In this document: positions 41,673-55,773 of the stretch, in pieces
How the letters are laid out: the number at the start of each line of letters is the position of its first letter
Position numbering within the stretch: the stretch's first letter is position 1
Assembly (NCBI GenBank): GCA_951406725.2
Contig: OX597830.1
Coordinates: forward strand, 59,892,001 to 59,956,000
Length of the DNA: 64,000 bases
Source: Octopus vulgaris
Lineage: Eukaryota
Reading direction: 5' to 3'
Translations under genes and position numbers: made by a program
Notes under the pieces: model-generated
Databases searched by the model: none
Seen by the model: only the letters and a program-made list of their open reading frames with translations
What the model was told of the DNA's origin: nothing

Positions 41673-41900
41673 TGTATGTATGTATGTGTGTATATGTTTG
41701 TGTGTCTGTATTTGTCCCCCCAACATCGCTTGACAACCGATGCTGGTGTGTTTACGTCCCCGTAACTTAGCGGTTCGGCAAAAAGAGGCCGATAGAATAA
41801 ATACTAGGCTTACAAAGAATAAGTCCTGGAGTCGATTTGCTCGACTAAAAGGCGGTGCTCCAGCATGGCCGCAGTCAAATGACTGAAACAAGTAAAAGAG
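41154..41900 (+). mobile_element. SINE family A with a fold-back insert (about 41402-41597) in its (TA)n
   Basis: Head 41154-41318, tail about 41695-41900; insert has a 29-bp perfect inverted repeat at 41413-41441 / 41555-41583. Confidence 0.85.
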
Positions 41901-42224
41901 AAAAAGAGTAAAGAGTAACTTGACCCAGTGCATATTCTTTTAAGTCTAGTCCTTAACTTTATAGGTCTGCTTTTACTTAACCGCTAAGTTACAGGGACAT
42001 ACACAAACCAACAGCGGTGTGAACAAATACGAAGACTCATACACATTTATACACATACATACAAAGCAGACTATCTGGCAAGGTCGTTAGTGAGTCGGAC
42101 GAAATGATCAGCGGCATCTCTTCCGGCTCATTACATTCTGAGTTCAGCCTTGTGCTTTATATGCTCGATGCCATCGACTTACCCATCCGTTGAAATTGCT
42201 GGCCTTGCGCCAAAATTTGAAACA

Positions 42225-42287
<63 letters not shown>

Positions 42288-42309
42288 GTTATTATTTTTA
42301 TTGTTATTA

Positions 42310-43812
42310 TTTTATTACCTTTGCACAGCTTCTATCGCTGGAGATGTATTACAGTGTCAGCTGTTCACTACCAGTGAACTAAGGTAACACTCCTTATTTT
42401 TCGAGCTCCATCCGGAGTATTCGAGCGGTTCCAAGCGGTGCTGTTTTCTATAAGTGCTCCACCCTTATTGCTCCATGAACTTCTCAAAATTTTTGCTCAC
42501 TTGTCCCTGGGCTCCGACAATTATTGGTACTACCAACACCTTTTTCAGCGACCATAACTGCTTAACCTCCCAAGCTAACCTGTTATGCCTATCAATTTTC
42601 CTTTCTTCCTTATCGCATACCTTGTCATACCTTGGGCATGCTATATCTATGATCCAGCATTGTTTGCATTCTTTCCCAATTAACACTATGTCTGGTTTCC
42701 TGTTCTCTATCTCATGGTCACATTGAATCATAAAATCCCACAGGATCTTTGCATTATCATTTCCGATGATGCCTTCGGGTTTATGTTCCTACCAATTTTT
42801 TGCTCTGTCAAGTCCATACTTGTTGCAACGTGTCCAATGCACTATCCTTGCTATATTGTCATGACGTCTCTTATATTCTTTCAGGGCTAGTAGCGTACAT
42901 TGACTGGTAATCTGCCATACGGTTTCACCATTTTGTTCACAAATCTGTATTTATCACTTTCTAATGTGTTGTCTATTCCGTATTTGATGTAATTTGATGT
43001 TACGCTTGCTCTTGGGCAGCACAAATTAGAGCTTCCGTTTCCGGTTTTAAATCACTTTTAGTTATCGATAGCCATTTTTTTTCTCTATCTGTCTTATCTT
43101 TAACATCTCTATGAAATTGTCCATGTATTCTTTACTTTATCCACCTATTTTCAGTTTCGTTCATTCTCAAATCCTTGTACAATGTTTTATCTTTGCAATC
43201 TTCTATCCTGCACAAGCCTGACCTTCTTATTTCCAATAATAGCGATTCTGTGGCATTTTTTTTACATACTATTCTATGTTGTGTTTTTTCTACTCTTATG
43301 CTATGTTCGCATCCAATCAGTCTTCTTTCCCCACTTTTTATTTGTACATACAGTCTGTATCACTTTTTGGGTGGTGTATCACATATGTAGTCAGCAACTT
43401 CCTTGTCTTTCTGTCTCAGCTGTTTAGTTCGTCTTCTGTCCATGCAGTTACCCCTGCTCCATATCTAAGGAGCGAAACCGCCCAGGTGTTGATAGCTTCA
43501 ATCTTATTTCGTCCGTTTAATTTCGACTTAAGGATCAGTCTCAGTCTGCGCACATACGCCACCTTAATTTTTTCTGTCATTTCTTTCTCCATCAATTTAT
43601 CCATTTCCAATATCCCCAAGTACTTATAGCCCGTCTCTTCTATCTGCTTCATGACCTCCCCCGACGGTATTGCTAGCCTGTCCACACATTTGATTTTGCC
43701 ACTCTTAAAGACTAACACACCTCATGTTTTCTGTCCGAACTCCATTCTCATATCAGCACTGAAAGTATACACTTTATCAACGAGGGAACTGACTTAGGAT
43801 TCATCTTTACTA
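42310..43812 (-). mobile_element. Degenerate R4/Dong-type LINE flanked by (TAA)n (minus sense)
   Basis: YKYLGILE...LILKSKLNGRNKIEAINTWAV (RT thumb) and NRKPDIVL...IIDIACP (RLE); (TTA)n at about 42226-42300 and 43830-44010. Confidence 0.88.
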
Positions 43813-43823
43813 TAAAGTTGTTG

Positions 43824-44140
<317 letters not shown>

Positions 44141-44151
44141 TAGAGAAGATG

Positions 44152-45031
44152 ATCAATAATAACAAAGGGTAAAATTAATTAATTAATTAAGTAGTAATCA
44201 ATAATTTCACCAAGTAGAATTCGGCATGAAAAAGGACCATTTCACGGTAAACTTAAGTAATACTTAATATTTAGGGTTCAGCAAAGATTTGCTTTACTGC
44301 ATACCGAAGTTAAGTTGTTTGTTTTTTCCGGGAGTCCCTTTTTAAAGTAGAGGAAATAGCTAAGGTTTTTTGGCCGCTATTTCTAAACTTCGGTATGTGG
44401 TAAAGCAAATCTTTGCTGAACCCTAAATATAAAGTATTACTTAAGTTTACCGTGAAAATGTCCTTTTTCATGCCGAATTGTACTTGGTGAAATTATTGAT
44501 TACTACTTAATTAATTGATTTTACCCTTTGTTATTATTGATATAATTTTCTCCCAGATAATAAACTACAGATTTTTTCTGTAGTATTTTACTTGACGACA
44601 CACGCGGATGGGCAGGGGAGGGTGATGAACCTCATTCGTATATTTTTAAATTCGGCGGTACTGACGTTGAATATGATCTGTCTGATACGGTTAGTTGGAG
44701 AGATATGTTCAATTCTTCCAGTGCCTTTGAATTTAATACTTTTAATATTTAATATTGTTGAAGTCCCATGCTGATGAAGAAAATGGTTGGGTAAAGAATA
44801 ATTCTATATTCTTTATATATCGATCTAATTCCGAAACGCGTACATGGGTAATCAAATATCGATTGATTTTCGTTATTTTCCCTCTCTGCTTGCGTGGATT
44901 GTTTTCAAGTACTTTGTTTTTTTCCGTGAGTCCCCTTTTAAAGTAGAGGAAATAGCTAAGGTTTTTTGGCTGCTATTTTTAAACTTCGGTATGTGGTAAA
45001 GCAAATCTTTGCCGAACCCTCAATTATAAAG

Positions 45032-45034
<3 letters not shown>
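44152..45034 (+). mobile_element. ORF-less hammerhead-bearing retroelement (Penelope/retrozyme-like), about 595-nt unit
   Basis: Direct repeat 44312-44437 / 44907-45034; inverted repeat 44152-44311 / 44386-44541; internal HHR; 3' end in (TA)n. Confidence 0.75.
44765..44848 (+). ncRNA. Type I hammerhead ribozyme motif
   Basis: CCCAUG CUGAUGA ...long imperfect stem II... GAAA CGCG UA CAUGGG: perfect 6-bp stem I, palindromic ACGCGU stem III, GUA triplet. Confidence 0.8.
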
Positions 45035-45056
<22 letters not shown>

Positions 45057-45062
<6 letters not shown>

Positions 45063-45262
45063 TCCAAAAATGAACAAAGAGAAAACGCAACAATGTGAGG
45101 ATGTGGAACAAGTATAGTGTTATTGGACGCTCAAGAAAGGAAAGAAAGAAGGAGGATTTGACGTTTCGAGCGGAGCTCTTCGGCTGAAACATAGAAAAAG
45201 AAAGGTCCAAGGAAGGGAAGACGGAGAACTAAAATCGCCAACGATACACACGCGATCACATA
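45057..45262 (-). mobile_element. Family F fragment with mutated HHR (45157-45189)
   Basis: UUU CAGCCGA A GAGCUCCGCUC GAAA CG UC AAA; (TA)n on both sides. Confidence 0.7.
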
Positions 45263-45265
45263 TTG

Positions 45266-45349
<84 letters not shown>

Positions 45350-45824
45350 TTGTACTTAATATTCGAGAATCCGATGAATCTATAAGATGTTACTCAGGCA
45401 CACAGCTATGAGTCCACTGCATCTTGATGGCTTTTCTCCACTTTTCTCCACTTTGGGCAGTTTTTTTCTGCTCAAAATTTGTTTGTTGTGAACTATTATC
45501 CATGCTTCTGAAACTTTGCCCTTTTCTTTTTCTATGAAGGGCTGTTGATCCTAAGCAAACCCATCTTTACCTCTCGAAAGCGGCGTTCCTTATTAGTCTG
45601 GTCGCAATCATTGGACCTACATGGAGCTGGGTGCATGGCATAACCGTCAGTGACACGCAAGCTGTCACATAGAAACAAGACTTGGACATTGTAAGAGAGT
45701 TGCATCGTGGAACACATTTTGTTAGACTGAATGTTCAAGTACTGCACGTCTGTTTGATAAAAGCTGGCTCAGGGTCAAACTACAACATCAATATTTAAAT
45801 TATTACATAAATTTATACATACTT

Positions 45825-46850
<1,026 letters not shown>

Positions 46851-46855
46851 AGAGC

Positions 46856-46907
<52 letters not shown>

Positions 46908-47716
46908 GGAAAATTCACAAGAAAAAACAAAAGACGAAAACAGATAGTGTAGACAGTAAAGAGAATCCTTATATATATATATCTACAAATAAATGTGCAG
47001 TCTTAATATTTAGTTTTCTTGATCATATTCGCATACATAACACACAGGTGTGGGAATGTGTGCGTGCGCCTGTGATTGTTTGTGTGTTTAAACAGTGAAA
47101 TCTAGGTGCACACATGCTAAACGTGTGTGTTTGTATAAACTTGTACATGTGTACGTGTAAGGGGAACAAAACAAGGTCAGACGCACACACATGTATCTGA
47201 GAGTTTTGTGTGAGTGAGTGAGTGAGTGAGTGAATGTCGGTGTGTGTATGTAAAAATATATGAAGGAAAAACAAATCCAAACACACACACACACACACAC
47301 ACACGCACGCACATGCACGCATGCACGTACGCAGAAATACAAATACACATATATATGACTTCATGTCAACCGCTTCTGTCCTCCCACAGTGCAACAGTAA
47401 TTCTGTGTTAAGTAAATGCTCTTACACAACACATATCCCCACCCTCACCTTCAGTAAAAATTTATTTGGTTCACTTTCTCATGTTCCACGGTTCTTCCTC
47501 TCCCCTCCCCATCTGCCCCTTCCTCTCTCTTTCCCTGCCACCCTCTTTTATCTCTCTTGTCCTGCTCCTCTCACCGCTACTCACCAAAATTCTGTGTCAC
47601 TTGCATGTTGATTTTATTGAGCAAATGTTTTTTAACGCTGCAGCTCAACAAACCAGCGCTTTTGGACTTCAGGAATGCTCTCTCCATTCGTGTTCGTATG
47701 TATTTAGGCAGGCATA

Positions 47717-47760
<44 letters not shown>

Positions 47761-47881
47761 TGTGTGTGTTTGTGTGAATATATGTACATGTGAATGTTGT
47801 TTGTATGAAAATGGTGGTATTGTTTGGTCTGTGTGTGTATACACTGAACTTTGTGTATTTAGGTGTATTCATGTGTTTGTG

Positions 47882-47935
<54 letters not shown>

Positions 47936-48231
47936 CGAGTGTGTGTGTATATAAGTGAATCTATACAAACATCTACATGCAAACACTGCCACATATAAGT
48001 GTACACACACACACACACACACACATCTTGCCGTGTTGCGCCATGGAACTCTGCACATTCTTTCTCTCTCCGAGTATTTTTTTCATTCTCTCTCCATTTT
48101 CCCCGATTATTCTTTTCTGTCGAAGATTCTAGGCTCGAAGCGTAAAAGCCTCTTCCATTTTTCCCGAGCGATAAACCAATACACCTACTTGTTCTTACAC
48201 CTGTTTTCGTCTGTTGTTTACTGTAAATTTG

Positions 48232-48288
<57 letters not shown>

Positions 48289-48536
48289 GTGACCGCGTGT
48301 GTACCGTTGGCGATTTTTGTCCTCCGTCTTCCCTTCTTTGGATCTTTCCTTTTCCTATGTTTCTGACGAAGAGCTCCGCTCTGTGTGTGTGTGTGCATTA
48401 ATATTTCGCCTAGGCATTGCGATGCTAACAACCTGGTATAGAACTCAATATACATGAGTTTCACAATGAAACGTTAGTTGAGAAAAAAGCGGTTATAAGA
48501 AAATTTCATGACAAAGGAATAAGCGATTATGTTACG

Positions 48537-48873
48537 AACTTCATTTGTTCACAGCTGTTTCTGCTACAAGACACAATTGACACATAGTTCAGTGCCTAAA
48601 TATCGTCTTATAGCTTCACCGGAGCTTGTAACATGCAGTACAATTTATATGGGAAAACATTTACATTTACGTATACACAAAGAAAAGCATTACCAATGAA
48701 AAAGCAGACACATTTGTAACGATTTTCTGTGTATATATACATAAATGTGAATGTTTTCCTAAATACATTGCACGTCATGTTTCAAGCTCCGATGAATCTA
48801 TAAGGTGATACTCAGGCACTTATGTATGAGCGCATAGCATCTTACAGCAGAAATAGCTGTGACTAATGAAGTT
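48537..48873. mobile_element. Old fold-back element with decayed HHR motif
   Basis: Diverged inverted arms of about 160 bp; CCGAUGA...GAAA UAGCUG U; related to about 45365-45425 and 51819-51897. Confidence 0.55.
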
Positions 48874-48938
48874 GATAAGATAGTTCTTTATTTTTTTGTC
48901 ATCTCAATTTCTCTGTGTGTGTGTCGGTAATACAAGGC

Positions 48939-49041
48939 TTACGTCACCTGTAGTGACGCCATTTTGGAAGTCTTCAGCGCGCATGTGCAGATTTGGATTT
49001 CTTCCAGGAGGCCGCCGGAAGTTCCCTCATGCGCATGCGCA
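48939..49041. promoter_or_regulatory. Cluster of housekeeping-promoter-type motifs
   Basis: TTACGTCA (CREB/ATF-like), CGCCATTTT (YY1), GCGCATGTGC and TGCGCATGCGCA (NRF1), CCGGAAGT (ETS) within about 100 bp of CpG-rich sequence. Confidence 0.4.
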
Positions 49042-49200
49042 GAGAACTAGCAATAGCAAGGTTTCCCGCTGTATCAATCTCTCTCGAAGAGGACACCGAA
49101 TTGAACAGACGTGTTCTCACATCCGTCCTCAAGCTGCTAACACGTGGCGAAGCTTGAGGACGGATGTATGTATGTATGTATGTATGTATGTATGTATGTA

Positions 49201-49285
<85 letters not shown>

Positions 49286-49648
49286 TCTACACAATCTATA
49301 GATACTAAGGACTGCAATGTATTCATCTCAGGAATACGAACTATGATCTTAAAAACACGTAAATTGTGAAAACGCGCGTAGCGATGCATTCTAATATTCA
49401 TAAACTGCATCCAAGGATTATCATTGCTATATATATATATATATATATACACATATATATAGCAAGTATAGAAATACTGGTATATAAGGTAACTGCTTTT
49501 ATACGCACTAGAAATTACAAAGTAGAAGCGGGATTTATAAAGGCCAGCCGAATGTAATAAAACTCTTAAACATTTTCCCTCAGTGGGAAAATCATGACAA
49601 GAGAATGATATATTTGCAGAATTTAATTTCCAAAAGTGAAATTCAAAT

Positions 49649-49721
<73 letters not shown>

Positions 49722-50210
49722 CACGTATGTATATATGTATGATTATATATATATATGTATATATTACACTCACATATATATGTATGATGGTTTCACTTGC
49801 AAAACTAGTTGTGTTTCTTATATCTGACTTTATTATAAGTCACCACCTGAATAAGCGTATATCTACTATCTATCATATATTATCGAGTTTTTCTTTTTTA
49901 CCTTAAACTATGATTTTCTCAGTTTTTAAAACAGGTATCCACTCATATATAAATATATCCGCATGAGGTTGTGTGGTAAGAAACTTGCTTCACAATCACA
50001 TGGTTCCGAGTTCAAACCCATTGCGTGGCACCTTAGGCATGTGTCTTTTACCGTAGCCTCGGGACGGCCAAAGCCTTGTTGGCGGAAATATATATCTATG
50101 CATATAGATATGCTTTATTTAAAAGTAGCTTTTAAATAAAGCATATTACTCTACGTCTGGTATTTGAGTATTCTTTTTTCTATCTTGTTTCACATTTATG
50201 TGCTTACTCC

Positions 50211-50287
<77 letters not shown>

Positions 50288-50505
50288 TTTTATTTGTTTC
50301 AGCCATTTGACTGCGACCCTGCTGGAGCACCGCCTTTAGTCAAGCAAAACGATCTCAGAACTTCAGAACTTATTCTTTGTAGCCTAGTATATATTCTATC
50401 GGTGTCTTTTGCCGGACCGCTAAGTTACGGGGCCATAAACACATCAGCATCGGTTGTCAAGCGATAGTGGGGGAACAAAAACAGACACACAAACATATAC
50501 ATACA

Positions 50506-50588
<83 letters not shown>

Positions 50589-50591
<3 letters not shown>

Positions 50592-51120
50592 GAAAATAGT
50601 AATGCAATACGAGAGTATTGCTTTCCAGTAAAGGATAGCCCGTGAGGGTAAAATTATACATATAAAAGTAAATAAATGGCACAACGAAGCACCGATATTT
50701 ACTGGAAAATAGCGAACGTAATAAATACGACGCTAATGTATAGCTTCACTGCGTATGTACTAGTAAAGATGCGTGTGTGCAACAAACAGGAAAAAAATTG
50801 TCTTACCTCTAGGAAGAACATCTGAAAAATGAAAAACTTAGAAACGGATAATGCAGTACCGGTTTCAGACTCTCCAAAATACGTTTGCCAACGTATAGTT
50901 GATTTGTCTTCATCAGCTGCATAAACCTCGACAACATTTCAAATGTTGCCACATCTATGCCAGTACACTCGTTTGAACGCCAAAACGTTAACAGAACGAG
51001 AACAGTGAAGAAGTTTCAATGAAAATAGTAATGCAATACGAGAGTATTGCTTTCCAGTAAATATCGGTGCTTCGTTGTGCCATTTATTTACTTTTATATG
51101 TATAATTTTACCCTTACGGG
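50589..51120 (-). mobile_element. ORF-less hammerhead-bearing retroelement (Penelope/retrozyme-like), 429-nt unit
   Basis: Exact 44-bp direct repeat 50589-50632 / 51018-51061; 70-bp inverted repeat 50639-50708 / 51051-51120 (1 mismatch); internal HHR; ends in (TA)n. Confidence 0.8.
50851..50922 (-). ncRNA. Type I hammerhead ribozyme motif, intact core
   Basis: Minus strand AUGCAG CUGAUGA AGAC...GUCU GAAA CCGG UA CUGCAU: 6-bp stem I, 4-bp stem II base with inner hairpin, palindromic ACCGGU stem III. Confidence 0.85.
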
Positions 51121-51124
51121 TAAA

Positions 51125-51760
51125 ATATCAGAGACAATTGCTCCACTTTCAGTTACAAGCATGAAGATAGTGGATCAGATCTCTTTGAGCCTTTCGATAG
51201 TAGCAACTAAGGCAGTAGGGGCTTTCACCAGCTGCAGTGTACTTCAGTACACACAAGTGGTAAATGGAGTCAAGAGATTTTCTGTAATTAAGCCATACTC
51301 TCACAAGATTGCCGCAGTATTTTTCTACTTCAGACATCACTGTTATATTTACCAAAATAATCCCCACATGCCTTTCTTTCCAACTATCTGTTTGTCAGCG
51401 ATTATATCGTTTTAGATACGCAATGGTTTTGCAGGAATTGCTTCAGACAGCTAGAGTACAATTTATTTAGGTAGGCAAAGGAGCGATAGTTCTCTGATTG
51501 TTCTTCCATCCAAATTTTCTGCTTTTTTTTAAAGACTCAATATTCTGCTTTATGTACTTTATTGTGGAGACATGCAGGTCTTAACTTGCCTTCTCTAACC
51601 AGGTTTCCATCCCCTTTTCAGCTATATCCAATGGCTAGTCCACTCAAATTCTGACTGCATTTTTCTCAAGATGGCGTTAACTTGATGATGTTTCATGCCG
51701 ATTGATAACGACCACCATCTTGTTCTGGTTCCAATAAAATCTCTACATCCAACCTCTGAA
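51125..51760 (-). pseudogene. Degenerate Dong-type RT N-terminal fragment
   Basis: NLVRVWLNYRKSLDSIYH resembles the RT motif W.DYKKAFDSVPH. Confidence 0.55.
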
Positions 51761-51931
51761 GGAAATTTTGTGTGAGTGAGTGAGTGAGTGAATGTCGGTG
51801 TGTGTACTGCATTCAAAGGGCTCTGGGGAAGCTATAAGATGTACGGGCCACACAGCTTTGAGTGCACGCTTACTTACAGCAGAAACAGTCGTAAGCCAAC
51901 GTTAGTTATTACGTAATTCCTGTTCTTTAGA

Positions 51932-52295
51932 CAGGAGTGGCTGTGTGGTAAGTAGCTTGCTAACCAACCACATGGTTCCAGGTTCAGTCCCACTGCGTGG
52001 CATCTTGGGCAAGTGTCTTCTGCTATAGCCCCGGGCCGACCAATGCCTTGTGAGTGGATTTGGTAGACGGAAACTGAAAGAAGCCTGTCGTATATATGTA
52101 TATATGTGTGTTTGTGTGTCTGTGTTTGTCCCCCTAGCATTGCTTGACAACCGATGCTGGTGTGTTTATGTCCCCGGCAAAAGTGACCGATAGAATAAGT
52201 ACTGGGCTTACAAAGAATAAGTCCCGGGGTTGATTTGCTCGACTAAAGGCGGTGCTCCAGCATGGCCGCAGTCAAATGACTGAAACAAGTAAAAA
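51932..52295 (+). mobile_element. SINE family A with short centre
   Basis: Full head and tail match. Confidence 0.9.
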
Positions 52296-54869
52296 AAAAA
52301 AATACTTACAAATACAAACATTCACAATACCCTCTCACACACATTCTGAGAGGAAACCTTTACCATAATCGCAGACAATGTTATCGAACTATTTGCTTCG
52401 TGTTTATCAACCGATTATTGTTATTCGTCGTTAATATATATATATATATATATAACTTACAATGTGTGTGTGTACGTATGTATGTATGTATGTAGACACG
52501 TGTGTGTGTATGTGTATGTGCGTATGTGTGTGTGTACACACACACACACACACAATCACAAACCCTCTCTCACGAAAAGCATGTATAAAAGTAATGTTTA
52601 TGTGAGAATCGGTGTGTATTGATGAGTGTGCGTATTAAACATGTGTGAAGATATGTTTTTTACGCGCGCGCGCACGCACACACACACACACACATACATG
52701 CACATACACACACACACACATACGCGCGCACACACACACACTAACATTCACATAGGAACTCACTATATCTCTTGTGACATTTCAGTCATAACATTGTTTT
52801 ACCCAAGGTCACATTTGTATAAACATTGTCTGAAATGATAGCTTCATCTTGTTCATGTTAAACACACAGTCTGCCCGTCTGCCAGTCTGCCTGCCAGCCA
52901 GCCAGCCTGCATGCCTGCCTTTCAGTCTGTCTGCACGCCTCTCCGTCTGTCTGCCTGTCCGCCCCATCCCCATTCACCCCCCCCCCCCACTACACACACC
53001 GTCAGCCAATCAGCGCAATCTGCACGTATGTCAGACTTTCTCTCTGGGTACCAAACATTTATAACACTTTTTACTAGTCCGAGGCCTTTGCCTGTTCACC
53101 AAAATGCTAGAAACAACAACTAAATCTACTTTAAATAATATCCTAGCCTTATTGAATACACAGTTCAAAAATATCGACACAATGGTTGACCAGAAGCTTA
53201 AACGACCAAAAAAACTATTACATACATAAGTCGATGAAGAATCTTTTCTTCAGCAAGCTCGACCTACAAAAATCGTAGTCAAATCGCCCTTAAATTACAC
53301 CATATTCTGTGTATATGTATGATGTGTGTGCGTGTGTGTGTGTATGCGTGTATGCGTGTGTGCGTGTGTATGCATGTGTGTATGTGTGTGTGAGTGTTAA
53401 ATAGATTACATGAAGGTCCTACATAAATGTATAATTATTGAAGGGTTCATTCATTACTATGTCAGTAAAAATGATGATGGATGTGCATCTCTGATGAGGT
53501 TAGAATTAGATGGAAACATTGCTGGAGTTGCTTCCCCTATTTCCCGATATATTGCAAATAATGTTAAACGTCGATTTCTTCTCCCTTTACATCTTCCTCA
53601 ACCAACAGCAGAGAAAAGGAACGACAGAGAAAAAAAGGGAGCATGTGGATGAAGGGGTTAGGAGAAAGGCTAGGAGTACAAGAGGGTGAAAGGGTAGGAA
53701 TATAAGAGGAAGAAAAGCAAGGAATATTCTATCTCTTCTACTTACTCTCTTTCTCTCTCTCTCTCTCCCTCTTCTATTCCTAGCCTTTCTCACTCTTGAA
53801 TTCTTAGCCTTTCTCCTTCCCCTTCATCCACTCCCTGCTGTCTTTCTCCTCTGCCTGCTACTGTCACGTGACCAGCGGCCAGTTCTTCTTTTTCTTCTTT
53901 TCTTAGACACAGTCTCAAATTCTGTCCCCTCCCCGTTCTCCATCGTTCAAAACATTTTCTAAGCGTTATCCACTATTCTCGTCTTCTTGACCCCAAGGCC
54001 GCATTTTCTTCGCCTGTTTGCCCTCGTCCACCCTCCTAGATCACACTCTGTGTCGTTTTGCTTGTTTTGTTTCGTTTTGTTTGCTCTCGTCCCCAATTCT
54101 ACTCAAGAAAACTTTTTTTTTGCGGGAACTGTCTACTAGAAGCATTCAGCCTTATCGTTAAAGGCGCGAAACTGGAAAGTACCATTGATCGATAACTGAT
54201 GAAGAATCATGGATTTTCTGTTCGTCTCCTGTTTGTTTTTACATTCAGTATACGTTATGTCGTTTGATGAAACATTTCTGCATTTAACATGTAATGGAGC
54301 GCAAGACACACCGAATTTTTATTAACAGCAAATAAGTAGCAAGCTACTTACCACACAGCCTCTCAGTTTGACCAATAATAAGTGCAACTGCACTAAAGAA
54401 TTTTTACTCACTTCTCCTTTCCCCACACACGATCTAAATTTACAACAGAAACTGTTATTGTTCTTCTTAATACGACATTTTCGACTCTGGAGGCAGTGTT
54501 GTATTATTTCTTCGGCTGTTTTTGTATGTTATTTTTCTTTCTTTTGTGTGTGTTTGTGCGAGATTTTTACTGTTTGTAAAACTTGACAAAATAGCCTTTT
54601 CCTGACAATATCCCTTCAGCTAGAAACGGCGTGGCGTGCTTAAGGTACCACCAAAACAGGTTACACCTGCGACTATAAGTGAAATTAAATTATAAGAAAT
54701 TTTCACACAAGCATCTATGTCACATATATTTTAATGCTGGCACCGTTTGAGCCTAAGAAATTATGGGAAACCTATGTATGTATGTATGTATGTATGTATG
54801 TATGTATGTATGTATGTATGTATGTATGTGTGTATGTGTGTATGTATGTATGTATGTATGTATGTATGT

Positions 54870-55419
54870 CAGGTCACTTTCGTGTGCTACTGGTAACATG
54901 TAGCCCAGTACAACCTGTTGCATGGTCGGGTCGTCGGCGACTAAACCGGCAACCCCACCAAGCTTGCTTGGTGAGGAGGGTGTTTATTGGACACCCTGCG
55001 GGATGAAAAACAAAACTCATCAAAGGGCGGAGGAACTCTTGAGAGTCAACGGCCATCCAATAAATGTCTTAAGGCTGTATCATGCGCAGGGACATAGAAA
55101 TAATCGGATTGAATACTCGATCGCGCGGTTAAACCATTGGGAGTGAAGGACTCCTAGCCTTTGTTAGGACAACCTTCTAGGAGGAGGTAACTCGGGTAAC
55201 TGGGATAACTCCAACGTAAAACCTGCGGCTCAGTGGTTACCGATGATGTTGACTTGCTCTTCTTTTCGGATTATGGCTGCTGTTGCTTAGTGAGTGGGAT
55301 TGATTCAGTGCACAGCCTTTCCTCACTTTAAAAAAATCTTCTTGCACAGGCGTTGCACGATAACAACATTGATTAAGCTTCGTGCAATGGCCATACTCGA
55401 TAACGAGGGGGCAGCCACC
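54870..55419 (+). mobile_element. Family E non-coding retroelement, longest copy, in (TATG)n
   Basis: Three copies share the 3' end and differ at the 5' end; (TATG)n on both sides. Confidence 0.9.
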
Positions 55420-55559
55420 ATGTATGTATGTACGTATGTATGTATGTATGTACGTATGTATGTATGTATGTATGTATGTATGTATGCATACATGTATGCA
55501 TGTATGTATGCGTGTATGTATGTATGAGTGTATGTGAAAACACGTGCATGTGTTTATCA

Positions 55560-55631
<72 letters not shown>

Positions 55632-55733
55632 CAGCACGCACGCATACATATGTATACAAGCATACATACACACACATATGTTTGGCCCGGTTTAGAGCCC
55701 GGCCATAATAACAATAAATAAATTTTCTATGAA

Positions 55734-55773
<40 letters not shown>

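Noticed and set aside
54160-54215. Permuted hammerhead (GAAA CTGGAAAG TA ... CTGATGA)
   Set aside because: Stems I and II do not pair
54870-54920. HDV-like ribozyme fold (CAGGT/ACCTG, CAC/GTG)
   Set aside because: No P1 partner and the J4/2 spacing does not fit
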